64,000 nucleotides of DNA, taken from contig OZ220744.1 in the NCBI GenBank assembly GCA_965116925.1, forward strand, positions 3,904,001 to 3,968,000. The letters run 5' to 3'. This stretch comes from Candidatus Poribacteria bacterium (GTDB taxonomy: Bacteria; Poribacteria; WGA-4E; PCPOR2b). Each line of letters begins with the position of its first letter. Within the stretch, counting starts at the first letter, position 1. The notes beneath the pieces were generated by a model, which was given only the letters and a program-made list of their open reading frames with translations, did no database searches and was not told the origin of the DNA. The position numbers and the translations under genes are program-made. Positions 9,443 through 18,931 of this stretch are shown here, piece by piece.

Positions 9443-10380
9443 ACCCAAGTTGCTACCTATAATTGAGTAGTTGGTTGGAGTTAAAGTTGATAGATACTGC
9501 TTGCTAATACAAACAAGACCACTTTCAATTCAAATCCTTGTTGTGTTACAGCATGAATCGAACGAGGCAGCAATCGCTCAATTAAGCTGCCAGCGGTCTC
9601 GACAGACTTACGATGGCAAGATGCCACATAGGTCTCCCACTGTGGATAAGGTCGCTTGGAATTCTGTTTGCGTGTCGGCTTGAGGTCCACTCCAATGGTT
9701 GCCAATATATCCTCTATCTCATAGTTATTGTATGCTTTATCCCCGTAGACACAACTGCCCGGTGGTAAGTCAAAATCAAAATACTGTAATCCCTCGACAT
9801 CACTCATGCTTGCTGGCGTTAGAAAAAACTCAACAGGCTGTTGGCTCGCTGTCACTAACAAGTGAACTTTCAAGCCATAGAAGTACCGACGCTTGGACGC
9901 TTGATACCCACGAAATGCCTCATCGGTATACAGTTTTGACCGGCTAATGCGGATATTGTCACAGACCGCAATAGGCAGTGTATCTATCGCATAAATCTGC
10001 TGTTGATTGAGTTTTACATAACTTTCGGCTAAGATTTTGAACAATGTGATGAACATCGGTTTAATCCGATGCAACCGTCGATTGAAACGACTTTTTGACA
10101 GCATATTGGGGATATAGCCATGAGTGTGTAGAAAGTCACAAGTCACTTGGAAGTTACCACCGAAAAACAATGCAGCGACCACCCCGGTGGTCATGACCTC
10201 GGCGTCAGTCATCTGCGCCTGTGGAGAGGTTTTTGAGTTAAGTGCTTCTAACAGCTTGTCACAGAGATAGAAAATGGTTACAATTTGTAGGTCCATGGGT
10301 TTCTCCTTTGAGGGGGTATGGGTCAATCCCCTCAAGTTTAACGGAAAACCCATGGATTTTCAATAACTAGCAACGTGGGT
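9443..10380 (-). mobile_element. Complete IS982-family insertion sequence
   Basis: Terminal inverted repeats ACCCAAGTTGCTA (9443-9455) and TAGCAACGTGGGT (10368-10380), 12/13 match; 8-bp target duplication TAACTATA (9435-9442, 10381-10388). Confidence 0.92.
9481..10296 (-). CDS. IS982-family DDE transposase
   Basis: SRFNRR, IDTLP, YFYGLKVH, GDKAY, RKSVET motifs. Confidence 0.92.
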   Translation of the reverse strand: MDLQIVTIFYLCDKLLEALNSKTSPQAQMTDAEVMTTGVVAALFFGGNFQVTCDFLHTHGYIPNMLSKSRFNRRLHRIKPMFITLFKILAESYVKLNQQQIYAIDTLPIAVCDNIRISRSKLYTDEAFRGYQASKRRYFYGLKVHLLVTASQQPVEFFLTPASMSDVEGLQYFDFDLPPGSCVYGDKAYNNYEIEDILATIGVDLKPTRKQNSKRPYPQWETYVASCHRKSVETAGSLIERLLPRSIHAVTQQGFELKVVLFVLASSIYQL

Positions 10381-10508
10381 TAACTATAACAGAGACACCA
10401 TCAAGGAGTTCGTAGGGAACGCAGATCTGCGTTCCCTACTGACAGTGCGTAAGTCCTATTTTTAATGAACCAATGGACTAATGAACGCATTGTAGGAGGT
10501 GGTTTTTA

Positions 10509-11600
10509 ATGTTTAGGAAAAAAGCGCATCAACACGACGGACATGACCACCATCACGATCATGGTCATGACCACGATGACCACCACGACCATGGGGAACA
10601 CGATGATCACGGTCACAGCCACGACCATGGCGAACATGGTCATACGCACGGCGTCGTTGACCCGTCCATTGTAACCACGGAGCGAGGCATTTGGGCAATA
10701 AAGTGGTCCTTCTTAGGATTGATGGTAACCGCGCTGTTACAGGTCGGTGTGGTTGTGATTTCGGACAGTGTTGGACTGCTCGCTGACACGATTCATAACT
10801 TCGGTGACGCGGCAACTGCGATTCCGTTATGGATTGCTTTCTCCTTCGCTCGATTAAAGCCGAGCAAACGGTTTACCTACGGCTACGGGCGCGTTGAGGA
10901 CTTAGCGGGTATCGCAATTGTGCTTACGATACTGTTCAGCGCAATTTACGCAGGATACGAATCAATCAACCGCTTCTTTAACCCTAAAACTGTTGGACAT
11001 CTTTGGGTCGTTGCTGCCGCATCGGTGATCGGTTTTATAGGCAATGAAGGGGTTGCAATATTTCGGATTAAGGTTGGGAAAGAGATTGGAAGTGCTGCGC
11101 TCGTTGCGGACGGTTATCATGCGCGCGTTGATGGTTGGACAAGCCTCGCGGTCCTCGTGGGAGTACTCGGGATAAAGTTCGTCCATCCGCTTGCAGATCC
11201 CATCGTCGGAGTGGCTATTACCATCGCGATTTTTGGGATTGTGTTGCAGTCGGGAAAAGCGGTGTTTACGCGCCTGTTGGACGGTGTGGAGGCTGATGTC
11301 ATTGATGAGATAAACCATGCCGCTCACCATGTTGAGGGGGTTGAGGAGGTAACAGATGTCCGCAGCCGTTGGATTGGGCACCGCTTACATGCGGAAGTGA
11401 ATATCGCTGTGCCACCGCACCTCTCCGTCGCTGAAGGACACACAATAGCAAAAGAGGTTCAACATCAGCTTTTCCATCATCTGACCTATCTTTCTAGGGC
11501 GGTTATCCATATTGATCCGGTCGAAGAATCTGGTGAACATCACCACAGTATTATGGAACATAGCCACGACGGTTTACCGACCCACTCGCATGTTGTGTAG
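10509..11600 (+). CDS. Cation diffusion facilitator transporter with His/Asp-rich N-terminus
   Basis: LADTIHNFGD, FTYGYGRVE, ADGYHARVD; transmembrane segments; C-terminal HIDP. Confidence 0.92.
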   Translation: MFRKKAHQHDGHDHHHDHGHDHDDHHDHGEHDDHGHSHDHGEHGHTHGVVDPSIVTTERGIWAIKWSFLGLMVTALLQVGVVVISDSVGLLADTIHNFGDAATAIPLWIAFSFARLKPSKRFTYGYGRVEDLAGIAIVLTILFSAIYAGYESINRFFNPKTVGHLWVVAAASVIGFIGNEGVAIFRIKVGKEIGSAALVADGYHARVDGWTSLAVLVGVLGIKFVHPLADPIVGVAITIAIFGIVLQSGKAVFTRLLDGVEADVIDEINHAAHHVEGVEEVTDVRSRWIGHRLHAEVNIAVPPHLSVAEGHTIAKEVQHQLFHHLTYLSRAVIHIDPVEESGEHHHSIMEHSHDGLPTHSHVV

Positions 11601-11637
11601 TGCACAGATTGGACATTAGTCTAACGTAAGTTGCTAG

Positions 11638-12000
11638 GGCGTGTTGACATTTTGAAGCTGCTCATTCAGCAAACACTGTAATCATCAGGCAATCCGCCAT
11701 AAGTAGCGCAAACTGTTAGTTTGCAGGCTGGATCACAATCTAACAGATCGTGGTACAAAAGGAGATTGTAGGTCTATATTCATATCTCGACAAAATACAC
11801 AGTGGCACGCAACAATCCGGGTTGATTGAGCCAAAACTATCGCGCGATGTTCTAGGGGATGTCGATTTTGGAAAATCGACCTACAGAAATCCGAAGCTAT
11901 CTCTGATGTGTGAACAAAGGGTTGGGAGACCCAACCCCTACGAGATGTGTGAACAAAGGGTTGGGAGACCCAACCCCTACGAAGGGCCATATATTGTCTG
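11638..12000. mobile_element. Family B MITE, left part (CTAG target); homologous to 61009-61419
   Basis: CTAG then GGCGTGTTGACATTTT; about 350 bp collinear with the 61009 copy; two 39-bp tandem units (11905-11982) with hairpin GGGTTGGGAGACCCAACCCCTAC; lacks its own nearby right end. Confidence 0.8.
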
Positions 12001-12040
12001 TGTGCTCCCCCTTGATTGCAGGATTGAAGGATTTTCAGGA

Positions 12041-12188
12041 TAGAAGTTACGCAGTTGTAGGGAACGCAGATCTGCGTTCCCTACGCACATAGCCATGACA
12101 ACCCAATCATAGCCACAGGTTTCCTAATCTGTGATCGGCTTGCAGATTGGGCAATCTGCGCTACTTTATGTCAACTGCGTAACTCCTA
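12041..12188. mobile_element. Family A MITE with REP palindrome
   Basis: TAGAAGTTACGCAGTTG / CAACTGCGTAACTCCTA inverted ends (16/17); palindrome at 12057-12084. Confidence 0.8.
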
Positions 12189-12207
12189 TTGCCTTTTGAG
12201 GTAAAGA

Positions 12208-15200
12208 ATGTATAAAGCAACAACTTTTTCGTTTCACTTTTTTCTGTTGATGTGCCTGATTGTTCCGCCGAGTGTGGCAGCACAAGTGGTAGATATCCCG
12301 GATCTCAACCTCCGCGCTGCGATAGCGGAACAACTCGGCAAAGCATCGGGGGCAATAATCCCCACAGCGGACATGGCGACCTTAACCAGTCTTGAAGCCC
12401 ACCATGGTGTACGCGATTTGACCGGACTTGAAAGTGCAACTAACCTGACTAGGCTGGTGATTAATGGCCCCATATCGGACCTGTCCCCTTTGGCGGGTTT
12501 GACGCGGCTGAATCACCTGGAGCTTTCTGGCACCTCTGTATCGGACTTGTCCCCTTTGGCGGATTTGACGCAGCTGAATCACCTGTCTCTTGATAGAGCT
12601 CCCGTATCGGATTTGTCCCCTTTGGCGGGTTTGGCTCAACTGGAGTACCTGAATCTTTCTGGTGCCTCCGTATCGGACATCTCGCCTTTGGCAGGTTTAA
12701 ACCGCCTAACAGACCTTTTTCTGTATGGCAACCCCGTATCGGACCTGTCCCCTTTGGCGGGCTTGACCCAACTGGAGTCCTTGGGGCTTTCTAACACTCC
12801 GATATCGGACCTCTCCCCTTTGGAAGGTTTGACTCAGCTGTGGTCCTTGGGGCTTCCTGGTGCCTCCGTATCGGACCTCTCTTTTTTAGAGGGCTTGACT
12901 TGGCTGAGTCACCTGGGTCTGAATGACAACAGCATATCGGATCTCTCCCCTTTGGAAGGTTTGACCAGTCTGACATGGCTGCATCTGAGTGACAACAACA
13001 TATCTGACCTCTCCTCTTTGGAAGGTTTAGACCGCCTAACAGACCTGTATGTAAAGGGAAATCTCCTGAGCTATCAATCTATTCACACATATATCCCAAC
13101 CCTCCAACGCAGAGGGGTTAACGTTAAGTTTGATTCCCGATCCGTTGCAGATCTCTTGAACATCTCAGGCGTGATTACGGCGTCAAATAACACGCTTACC
13201 ATTTTAGTGAGGGATAGTTTGGGACAGGCATTTGCAGGGGTGCCGGTAACATTTACTGTCGTCTCCGGTGGCGGCATACTGAGTACAACGAACACAACCA
13301 CAGATGAACAGGGCAGGGCTCAGAGTATTCTCACGCTGGGGGACGGGGAGCAGAACAGCGTTGAGGCATCTGTTACTGGGACTGCACTGGCAATAATCCT
13401 TAGCGACACGGTATTATCAGAAGTAAAGCTCCCGGATCCCAACCTCCGCGCTGCGGTTGAGAACCTTCTTGGCAAAGCATCGGGGGCAATAATCACCACA
13501 GTGGACATGGCAAACTTAACCCATCTTCACGCCAGAAATATCGACATAAGTGATTTGACCGGCCTTGAAAGTGCAACGAACCTCACATACCTGTCTTTGA
13601 ATGACAACAACATATCAGACATCTCACCCCTGGTGGCAAATACGGGCCTGGGGACTGGGGATCATGTGCATTTGTGGGGCAACCCCCTCAGTAGTCTATC
13701 CCTTAACGCCCATATCCCAGGGCTCCGGGATAGAGGCGTCAGAGTTGTTCCAGATGAAGAAGCCGAACCGTACACAGTGGGACTGGTTTACTTCTTACCC
13801 AACGACAGTCAGCCGAGGCCGAATGTAGAGGCACAGCTAGATGAGTTGATAAAGGAAATGCAGGACGGTCTCGCATATTGGATGGAAGTCCACGGGTTTG
13901 GCAGAAAAACCTTTACCTTTCAAGCCGATGCCGCTGGCAAGGCAGTTGTGCACCATGTAAACGGCAGATTCAACCAAGCGTATTATATCTATGATCAAGA
14001 TCATCCTCGTCCTATACTGAAGGTCTGGGACGAACTCGACGAACACTTTGTTTCGCGACGCACCATTTATGTTTGCTTTATAGATGGTGGTGGTGGTCAC
14101 TCAGGTAATGGAGGCGGTAGTGCCTTGAGCGGACGTGCAGTTATACGCACCCAGCCGTCTGAGAATTTTAACAAGGAACTGGTTGCCCACGAGCTTATGC
14201 ATGCGTTTGGACTACACCATAAGCATGTTGGGGATGACATGGGACCTCCCAACGAGGGGAACATAGGTGTAAGAGGCCCCTTTGGCGTCTTCAATTCAGC
14301 TTCTCGTACTGAATGGTTGGATGTCCATCGTTACTTAAACCCAACACAGCGCAGTGACGATGTCTCCGTCCCACAGGTTCGCATGTTACCACCAAGTTTT
14401 GTCTCTCCACCGAATACCATTCGCCTCCGCTTTGAGGTCGAGGATGATGATGGTCTCCATCAAGCACAATTACTTGTCACACTATTATTGGCCAACGCAG
14501 TTAAGGATTTACAAGTCGTTGCTTCTAAGCGATTAACTGGCACACATAGCACCGTTGAGTTTGTCACAACTGCCTTAGGAGCAGCAGACACAGCGACAAC
14601 GGTGACTCTTCAAGTTATTGATGTACATGGGAATTTCTCCAATAACAACTTCCCGATTGATGTTGCCTCTATGATACCGCCGCCCTATGTTGTGTCAGTA
14701 CCGGATGCCATGTTAGCACAGAGATTGCGGGGGCAGGTAGGAATAGCTCCCGGTGATCCAATCACATCGCATGCGATGCTATCATTATCATTACGGATAT
14801 TATGGGCGGGCACAGGGGGGGGTGCAAACATTACCAGGATTGCAGACCTTACCGGGATTGATAGTGCAGTTAACATACAATATCTGGATCTGAATAACAA
14901 CAACATATCGGACCTCTCCCCTTTGGCGGGCTTGACTAATCTGTGGAGACTGAATCTGACTCACAACAACGTATCGGACCTCTCCCCTTTGGTAGAAAAT
15001 ACAGGATTAAGGCGTGGAACTCACATTGCGTTAGACGGAAATCCCCTGAGCTATCAATCTATCCACACGCATATCCCAATCCTCCAGAGTCGGGGAATCT
15101 CAGTAGAATTTGACAACCAGGCACAGGAAAGACCACAAACTATAGCCGATGTCAACAACGATGGAGTTGTGAATATTCTAGACCTCGTCTTGATTGCATC

Positions 15201-15750
15201 CAGTTTCGGACAGTCTGGGCAGAGTAATGCGGATGTCAACGGGGATAGGGTTGTCAATATTCTAGATTTGGTATTCGTTGCGGGTATGTTTGAGGGTGCA
15301 GCTGCCGCGCCTTCAGCGCAGCCAGAAGTACCTGAGACCCTCACAGCGGTAGAGGTTCAAGATTGGCTGACCGACGCAAGGGCACTTGAGGCTGAGGATC
15401 CCATCATGAAACGCGGATTTCTAATCCTTGAACAACTTTTGGCATCCCTAACCCCAAAGGAGACGGAACTGCTGTCCAATTATCCGAACCCGTTTAACCC
15501 GGAGACATGGATACCGTATCGGTTGGCAGAGGACGCTTTCGTGACGTTGACCATCTATGACAGTAAGGGTCAGGTTGTCCGTACCCTTGAGATTGGACAT
15601 CGGATCGCAGCGGCTTACGAGAATCGGTCAAAGGCAATCTATTGGGACGGCAAAAACGATGTGGGTGAACAGGTGGCAAGCGGCGTGTACTTTTATACCC
15701 TAACGGCAGGAGATTATTCCGCCACGCGGAAGATGGTGATTTTGAAATAG
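12208..15750 (+). CDS. Secreted internalin-like LRR protein with Ig-like domain, zinc metallopeptidase motif, dockerin-like repeat and FlgD/T9SS-CTD-like C-terminus
   Basis: 22-aa repeats SDLSPLAGLTxL; GVPVTFTV...TTTDEQGRA (Big-1-like); HELMHAFGLHH; DVNNDGVVNILDLV twice; NYPNPFNP...SGVYFYTL...RKMVILK. Confidence 0.88.
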   Translation: MYKATTFSFHFFLLMCLIVPPSVAAQVVDIPDLNLRAAIAEQLGKASGAIIPTADMATLTSLEAHHGVRDLTGLESATNLTRLVINGPISDLSPLAGLTRLNHLELSGTSVSDLSPLADLTQLNHLSLDRAPVSDLSPLAGLAQLEYLNLSGASVSDISPLAGLNRLTDLFLYGNPVSDLSPLAGLTQLESLGLSNTPISDLSPLEGLTQLWSLGLPGASVSDLSFLEGLTWLSHLGLNDNSISDLSPLEGLTSLTWLHLSDNNISDLSSLEGLDRLTDLYVKGNLLSYQSIHTYIPTLQRRGVNVKFDSRSVADLLNISGVITASNNTLTILVRDSLGQAFAGVPVTFTVVSGGGILSTTNTTTDEQGRAQSILTLGDGEQNSVEASVTGTALAIILSDTVLSEVKLPDPNLRAAVENLLGKASGAIITTVDMANLTHLHARNIDISDLTGLESATNLTYLSLNDNNISDISPLVANTGLGTGDHVHLWGNPLSSLSLNAHIPGLRDRGVRVVPDEEAEPYTVGLVYFLPNDSQPRPNVEAQLDELIKEMQDGLAYWMEVHGFGRKTFTFQADAAGKAVVHHVNGRFNQAYYIYDQDHPRPILKVWDELDEHFVSRRTIYVCFIDGGGGHSGNGGGSALSGRAVIRTQPSENFNKELVAHELMHAFGLHHKHVGDDMGPPNEGNIGVRGPFGVFNSASRTEWLDVHRYLNPTQRSDDVSVPQVRMLPPSFVSPPNTIRLRFEVEDDDGLHQAQLLVTLLLANAVKDLQVVASKRLTGTHSTVEFVTTALGAADTATTVTLQVIDVHGNFSNNNFPIDVASMIPPPYVVSVPDAMLAQRLRGQVGIAPGDPITSHAMLSLSLRILWAGTGGGANITRIADLTGIDSAVNIQYLDLNNNNISDLSPLAGLTNLWRLNLTHNNVSDLSPLVENTGLRRGTHIALDGNPLSYQSIHTHIPILQSRGISVEFDNQAQERPQTIADVNNDGVVNILDLVLIASSFGQSGQSNADVNGDRVVNILDLVFVAGMFEGAAAAPSAQPEVPETLTAVEVQDWLTDARALEAEDPIMKRGFLILEQLLASLTPKETELLSNYPNPFNPETWIPYRLAEDAFVTLTIYDSKGQVVRTLEIGHRIAAAYENRSKAIYWDGKNDVGEQVASGVYFYTLTAGDYSATRKMVILK
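12466..13040 (+). repeat. 66-bp coding tandem repeat (about 9 LRR units)
   Basis: atcgga(c/t)..tcccctttgg recurs every 66 nt. Confidence 0.85.
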
Positions 15751-15867
15751 TATCAAATGCCCCGATGATGGTTGGAATGGTGATGTTTATTGCCTAGCAG
15801 GCATCAATCGGCACAGCTACCTAGACCGGTTGTCCATAATTGAGCATGAGTTGATAAGGTGTTAGGG

Positions 15868-16830
15868 ATGAACATTCACGACAGCGGATATAAGAAACTA
15901 TTCTCAAATCGTACCATCTTTCGACAACTGATTGAGACCTTTGTCAACCAAGAGTGGGTCCATTCTCTCGATTTCGATACCTGTGAACCTTTGGATAAAT
16001 CCTTTATCTCTGAACACTACAAAGAGACCGAGAGTGACTTAATCTACAAAATCCAGTTTCAGGATCGCGAGGTCTATATTTATATTCTCATCGAGTTTCA
16101 ATCCACCGTTGACCCGTTCATGGCGTTGCGGGTGCTGAACTATATCACCAACTTTTACATGGATTTTCTCGTCAATAATAAAAGTATTAAAAAATTACCA
16201 GCGGTCTTTCCAATCGTGCTTTACAACGGAGAGGCACGTTGGACGGCACCGGTCAACCTTTCGGCGTTAATTGAGCAGACGCCACCCCTCGGTGCATTTG
16301 CATTAGATTTCCAGTATTTTTTGATTGCCGAGAACCGATACAGTCAGGAGGCGTTATTAAAGATCCGGAACATCGTATCAACGTTGTTCTTGGCAGAATC
16401 CTATTATGATGTAAAAGTGCTAGAGGTAGAGCTGCTGAATCTGTTTTCATCGGAGCGTGACAGACAGGCGGTGAGTCTGTTCTTAAACTGGTTTAAGCAG
16501 TTAGCGTTTCATGGTCGGCTTGAATCTGACGATTATGAGTCATTGGAGTCCATTTATCGGACTGAAGAGGAGGTGAAGACGATGTTAGTCACAGCGTTAG
16601 AGAGAGAAAGGCGGCAGATTTTTCAAAACGGTTTGCGTGAGGGTAAGCAGGAAGGCAAGCAGGAAGGGCTGCTTGAAGGTGAACAGAAAGGCAGAATTGA
16701 AGGGAGAATTGAAACGGCAAAGGCAATGCTGGCTAAGGGAATGGAAATGACGCTTATTTCTGAAATCACCAACCTACCAGAAGCACAACTTTTGGAGTTG
16801 AGAGATGGACTTTCCTCAATAAAAAATTGA
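15868..16830 (+). CDS. Rpn/YhgA-like recombination-promoting nuclease (PD-(D/E)XK)
   Basis: HDSGYKKLF, ESDLIY, IEFQS, MALRVLNY, PIVLYNG; C-terminal EGKQEG repeats. Confidence 0.88.
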   Translation: MNIHDSGYKKLFSNRTIFRQLIETFVNQEWVHSLDFDTCEPLDKSFISEHYKETESDLIYKIQFQDREVYIYILIEFQSTVDPFMALRVLNYITNFYMDFLVNNKSIKKLPAVFPIVLYNGEARWTAPVNLSALIEQTPPLGAFALDFQYFLIAENRYSQEALLKIRNIVSTLFLAESYYDVKVLEVELLNLFSSERDRQAVSLFLNWFKQLAFHGRLESDDYESLESIYRTEEEVKTMLVTALERERRQIFQNGLREGKQEGKQEGLLEGEQKGRIEGRIETAKAMLAKGMEMTLISEITNLPEAQLLELRDGLSSIKN

Positions 16831-17130
16831 AAACAGTGTTAATCACCACTTTCAACGTTGCTTTTGGTCCTGAGACGGTGCCCAGCTTCCTGCCCATCAT
16901 ATCAGAAAACAGTCTTTACCGCACTCAAACACGGAAGCCAATCAGTACGGCTTGGACACCTTTGTTTTGGCAATAAGTCTAAGCAACTTTGCACTTTCTT
17001 TTAACATGAACCTTTCGTTTAACTCATGGGGTCATTTGATACAAACTATAAGTAGGGGCAGGAGGCGGGCGAGGAAACCTCGCCCCTACGATTGGATATG
17101 GCTCACATAAGTCAACATCCCCTAGCAACT

Positions 17131-17268
17131 TATGGCAGATGTTAGAATTAATGAGACACTCTCAATACACAGCCAACCCCCTAAATCCCCCTTATCAGGG
17201 GGACTTTGAAGATTTCACGCCGGTTGAAATTATTGGTAAATGTATCCTTATTTCTCGTGTTTACTATA
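17131..17268. mobile_element. Family C MITE (TA-flanked); homologous to 54819-54957
   Basis: Shared TATGG.AGAT.TTAGAATTA start and caaccccctaaatccccctt.tcagggggactttg core. Confidence 0.7.
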
Positions 17269-17297
17269 GGTTATAATCTGAAGGGAGAGCATAATAG

Positions 17298-18839
17298 ATG
17301 CAGCATCTTGAACCGGTAGATATGCTGAATCATATTCGACTGGGGTTGAATTCGCTTGTAGGTGGACTTGATTCGACGAATAAACACATGCCGTATTGGT
17401 CTATCGGCTTTGCTGAAGGAGAATTGGGGGATTTTCGTCACTCTGGCGCGTGGGACTGGTGCCACGATGTCGCTAGAGCTATTCACGCTATCGGCATGGC
17501 GGAACGCACCACCGGGGAATGCGTTGACGAAGCTATTTGGAGGGATCTTGCCGATCTTCAGATTGCTCTGTTCGATGAGGCGGACAATCTGCCCGGCACA
17601 GCGGATAACGATACAAGTGAACGTTTTGTCCATCTCCATAACATACGGGAATCCACACACGCTCTGAACGGTCTGATCCGTCGTGGTGACGAGCGGGCAC
17701 CCGAGTGGAGTCGGCGGATGATTCGGACTGTTCGCGCTGCACTGGATGACAACGGAGCCATCCAACTTGATCGGCTTCCCTCTTACGTCTCAGAATATAA
17801 CCATCAGCCGTCACAAGAAGGTCGCGCTGTTGATGCGTTGGTTCGGAACTATCGTATCACAAATGATGAAGCTGCCTTGGAATTAGCAGGACTGATGACT
17901 TCCTACGCGCTGGAACACTGTTTCACCCCTGAAGGCAGGCTCAAGGAGGAAGCGGGGACACACGGTCACTCCCTCAACGCCATAGTTGCCGGAATGCTTG
18001 ACCTTGCGCTCCTCACCAACGATGCAGATCTGTTGAACAGAGTTAAAGCCATCTACGATGTCGGATGCCCACGTTTCAACAGCAGTTTTGGTTGGTCGAT
18101 GGAATCGTTGCATAAATTTCATCCCCGCGGCGAATCCAACAACACCGGCGACCTACTGCGTGCTGCGCTACTTTTGGGGCACGCCGGATGGGCAAACTAC
18201 TTCGAGGACGCAGAGCGTATACTTCGCGGACATCTCCTGCCTTCACAGGTTATTGATGTAGATGATCTGCCCGACGACCCCGATGAAACAGATGATAGCC
18301 TTCATCGTCGTGCCTCACGCCTGCGTGGTGGCTTCAGTTTTCCAACGCCCAATGATTACCTTTTAAACCCAGATGCGACTATTACAACGTATGATATTAC
18401 ATCTGGTGCCGTGGACGGGATGTGTGAAGCGTTATCCTCCATCATTACTTCAGATGATGCCGGCATCCGCATCAATCTGCTGTTTAGCCACAAAGCGGAA
18501 GGGGTACGTCTTACCAGCCACCTTTCGCGAACAGGACGCCTTGAAATTGAAAACCGAAGTGGACGACCGCTGCTGGTACGTATCCCGTCTTGGGTGGAGA
18601 AGAAAGAGGTTCGTCTGGAAGTAAATGGTGTGGAATCTCAGAAGATATTCAGCCAGTCATATTTACTTATAACTGGCAATGAGATCCCTTCATCAAGTAT
18701 CATTACTTTCCCAATGCGCCAAGCACGGACGGTAGAGAGTATATGCTTTGAAAACTACACCATTGATTGGCGGGGCGACCAGATTGTTGCTATGTCACCA
18801 CCTGCGAAACATCGACCGATGTTTCCACCGTGCGAATAA
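17298..18839 (+). CDS. Hypothetical protein, possibly GH127-like (alpha/alpha)6 glycoside hydrolase
   Basis: DVARAI, GHxH-like GTHGH, YFEDAERILRGHL and VRIPSW segments resemble GH127-like proteins. Confidence 0.55.
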   Translation: MQHLEPVDMLNHIRLGLNSLVGGLDSTNKHMPYWSIGFAEGELGDFRHSGAWDWCHDVARAIHAIGMAERTTGECVDEAIWRDLADLQIALFDEADNLPGTADNDTSERFVHLHNIRESTHALNGLIRRGDERAPEWSRRMIRTVRAALDDNGAIQLDRLPSYVSEYNHQPSQEGRAVDALVRNYRITNDEAALELAGLMTSYALEHCFTPEGRLKEEAGTHGHSLNAIVAGMLDLALLTNDADLLNRVKAIYDVGCPRFNSSFGWSMESLHKFHPRGESNNTGDLLRAALLLGHAGWANYFEDAERILRGHLLPSQVIDVDDLPDDPDETDDSLHRRASRLRGGFSFPTPNDYLLNPDATITTYDITSGAVDGMCEALSSIITSDDAGIRINLLFSHKAEGVRLTSHLSRTGRLEIENRSGRPLLVRIPSWVEKKEVRLEVNGVESQKIFSQSYLLITGNEIPSSSIITFPMRQARTVESICFENYTIDWRGDQIVAMSPPAKHRPMFPPCE

Positions 18840-18931
18840 TATCTCAAGGGACCGTCACCCAAAGCGGAAAGCGCAGCTGCCGCGATGGGATTGGGATTCA
18901 AAGCAACTTTTGGGACGGGGTAAATAAGGTT

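Larger units (their letters stand above)
9348..10458. mobile_element. Family A MITE interrupted by IS982
   Basis: Ends TAGGAGTTACGCA (9348-9360) and TGCGTAAGTCCTA (10446-10458); with the IS removed it matches the reverse complement of 46131-46294. Confidence 0.8.

Noticed and set aside
10526..10650. Low-complexity CAC/GAC/CAT repeat
   Set aside because: Encodes the His/Asp-rich tail common in CDF transporters.
11905..11982. 39-bp direct repeats with a hairpin (also about 61280-61365) as a mini-CRISPR
   Set aside because: Only two adjacent units with no unique spacers and no cas genes; they lie inside a dispersed MITE.
12466..13040. Regular 66-bp periodicity resembling a repeat-spacer array
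   Set aside because: It is the in-frame LRR coding repeat.
15868..16830. Rpn gene as an autonomous insertion sequence
   Set aside because: No terminal repeats or target duplication directly around it; Rpn proteins are not established transposases.
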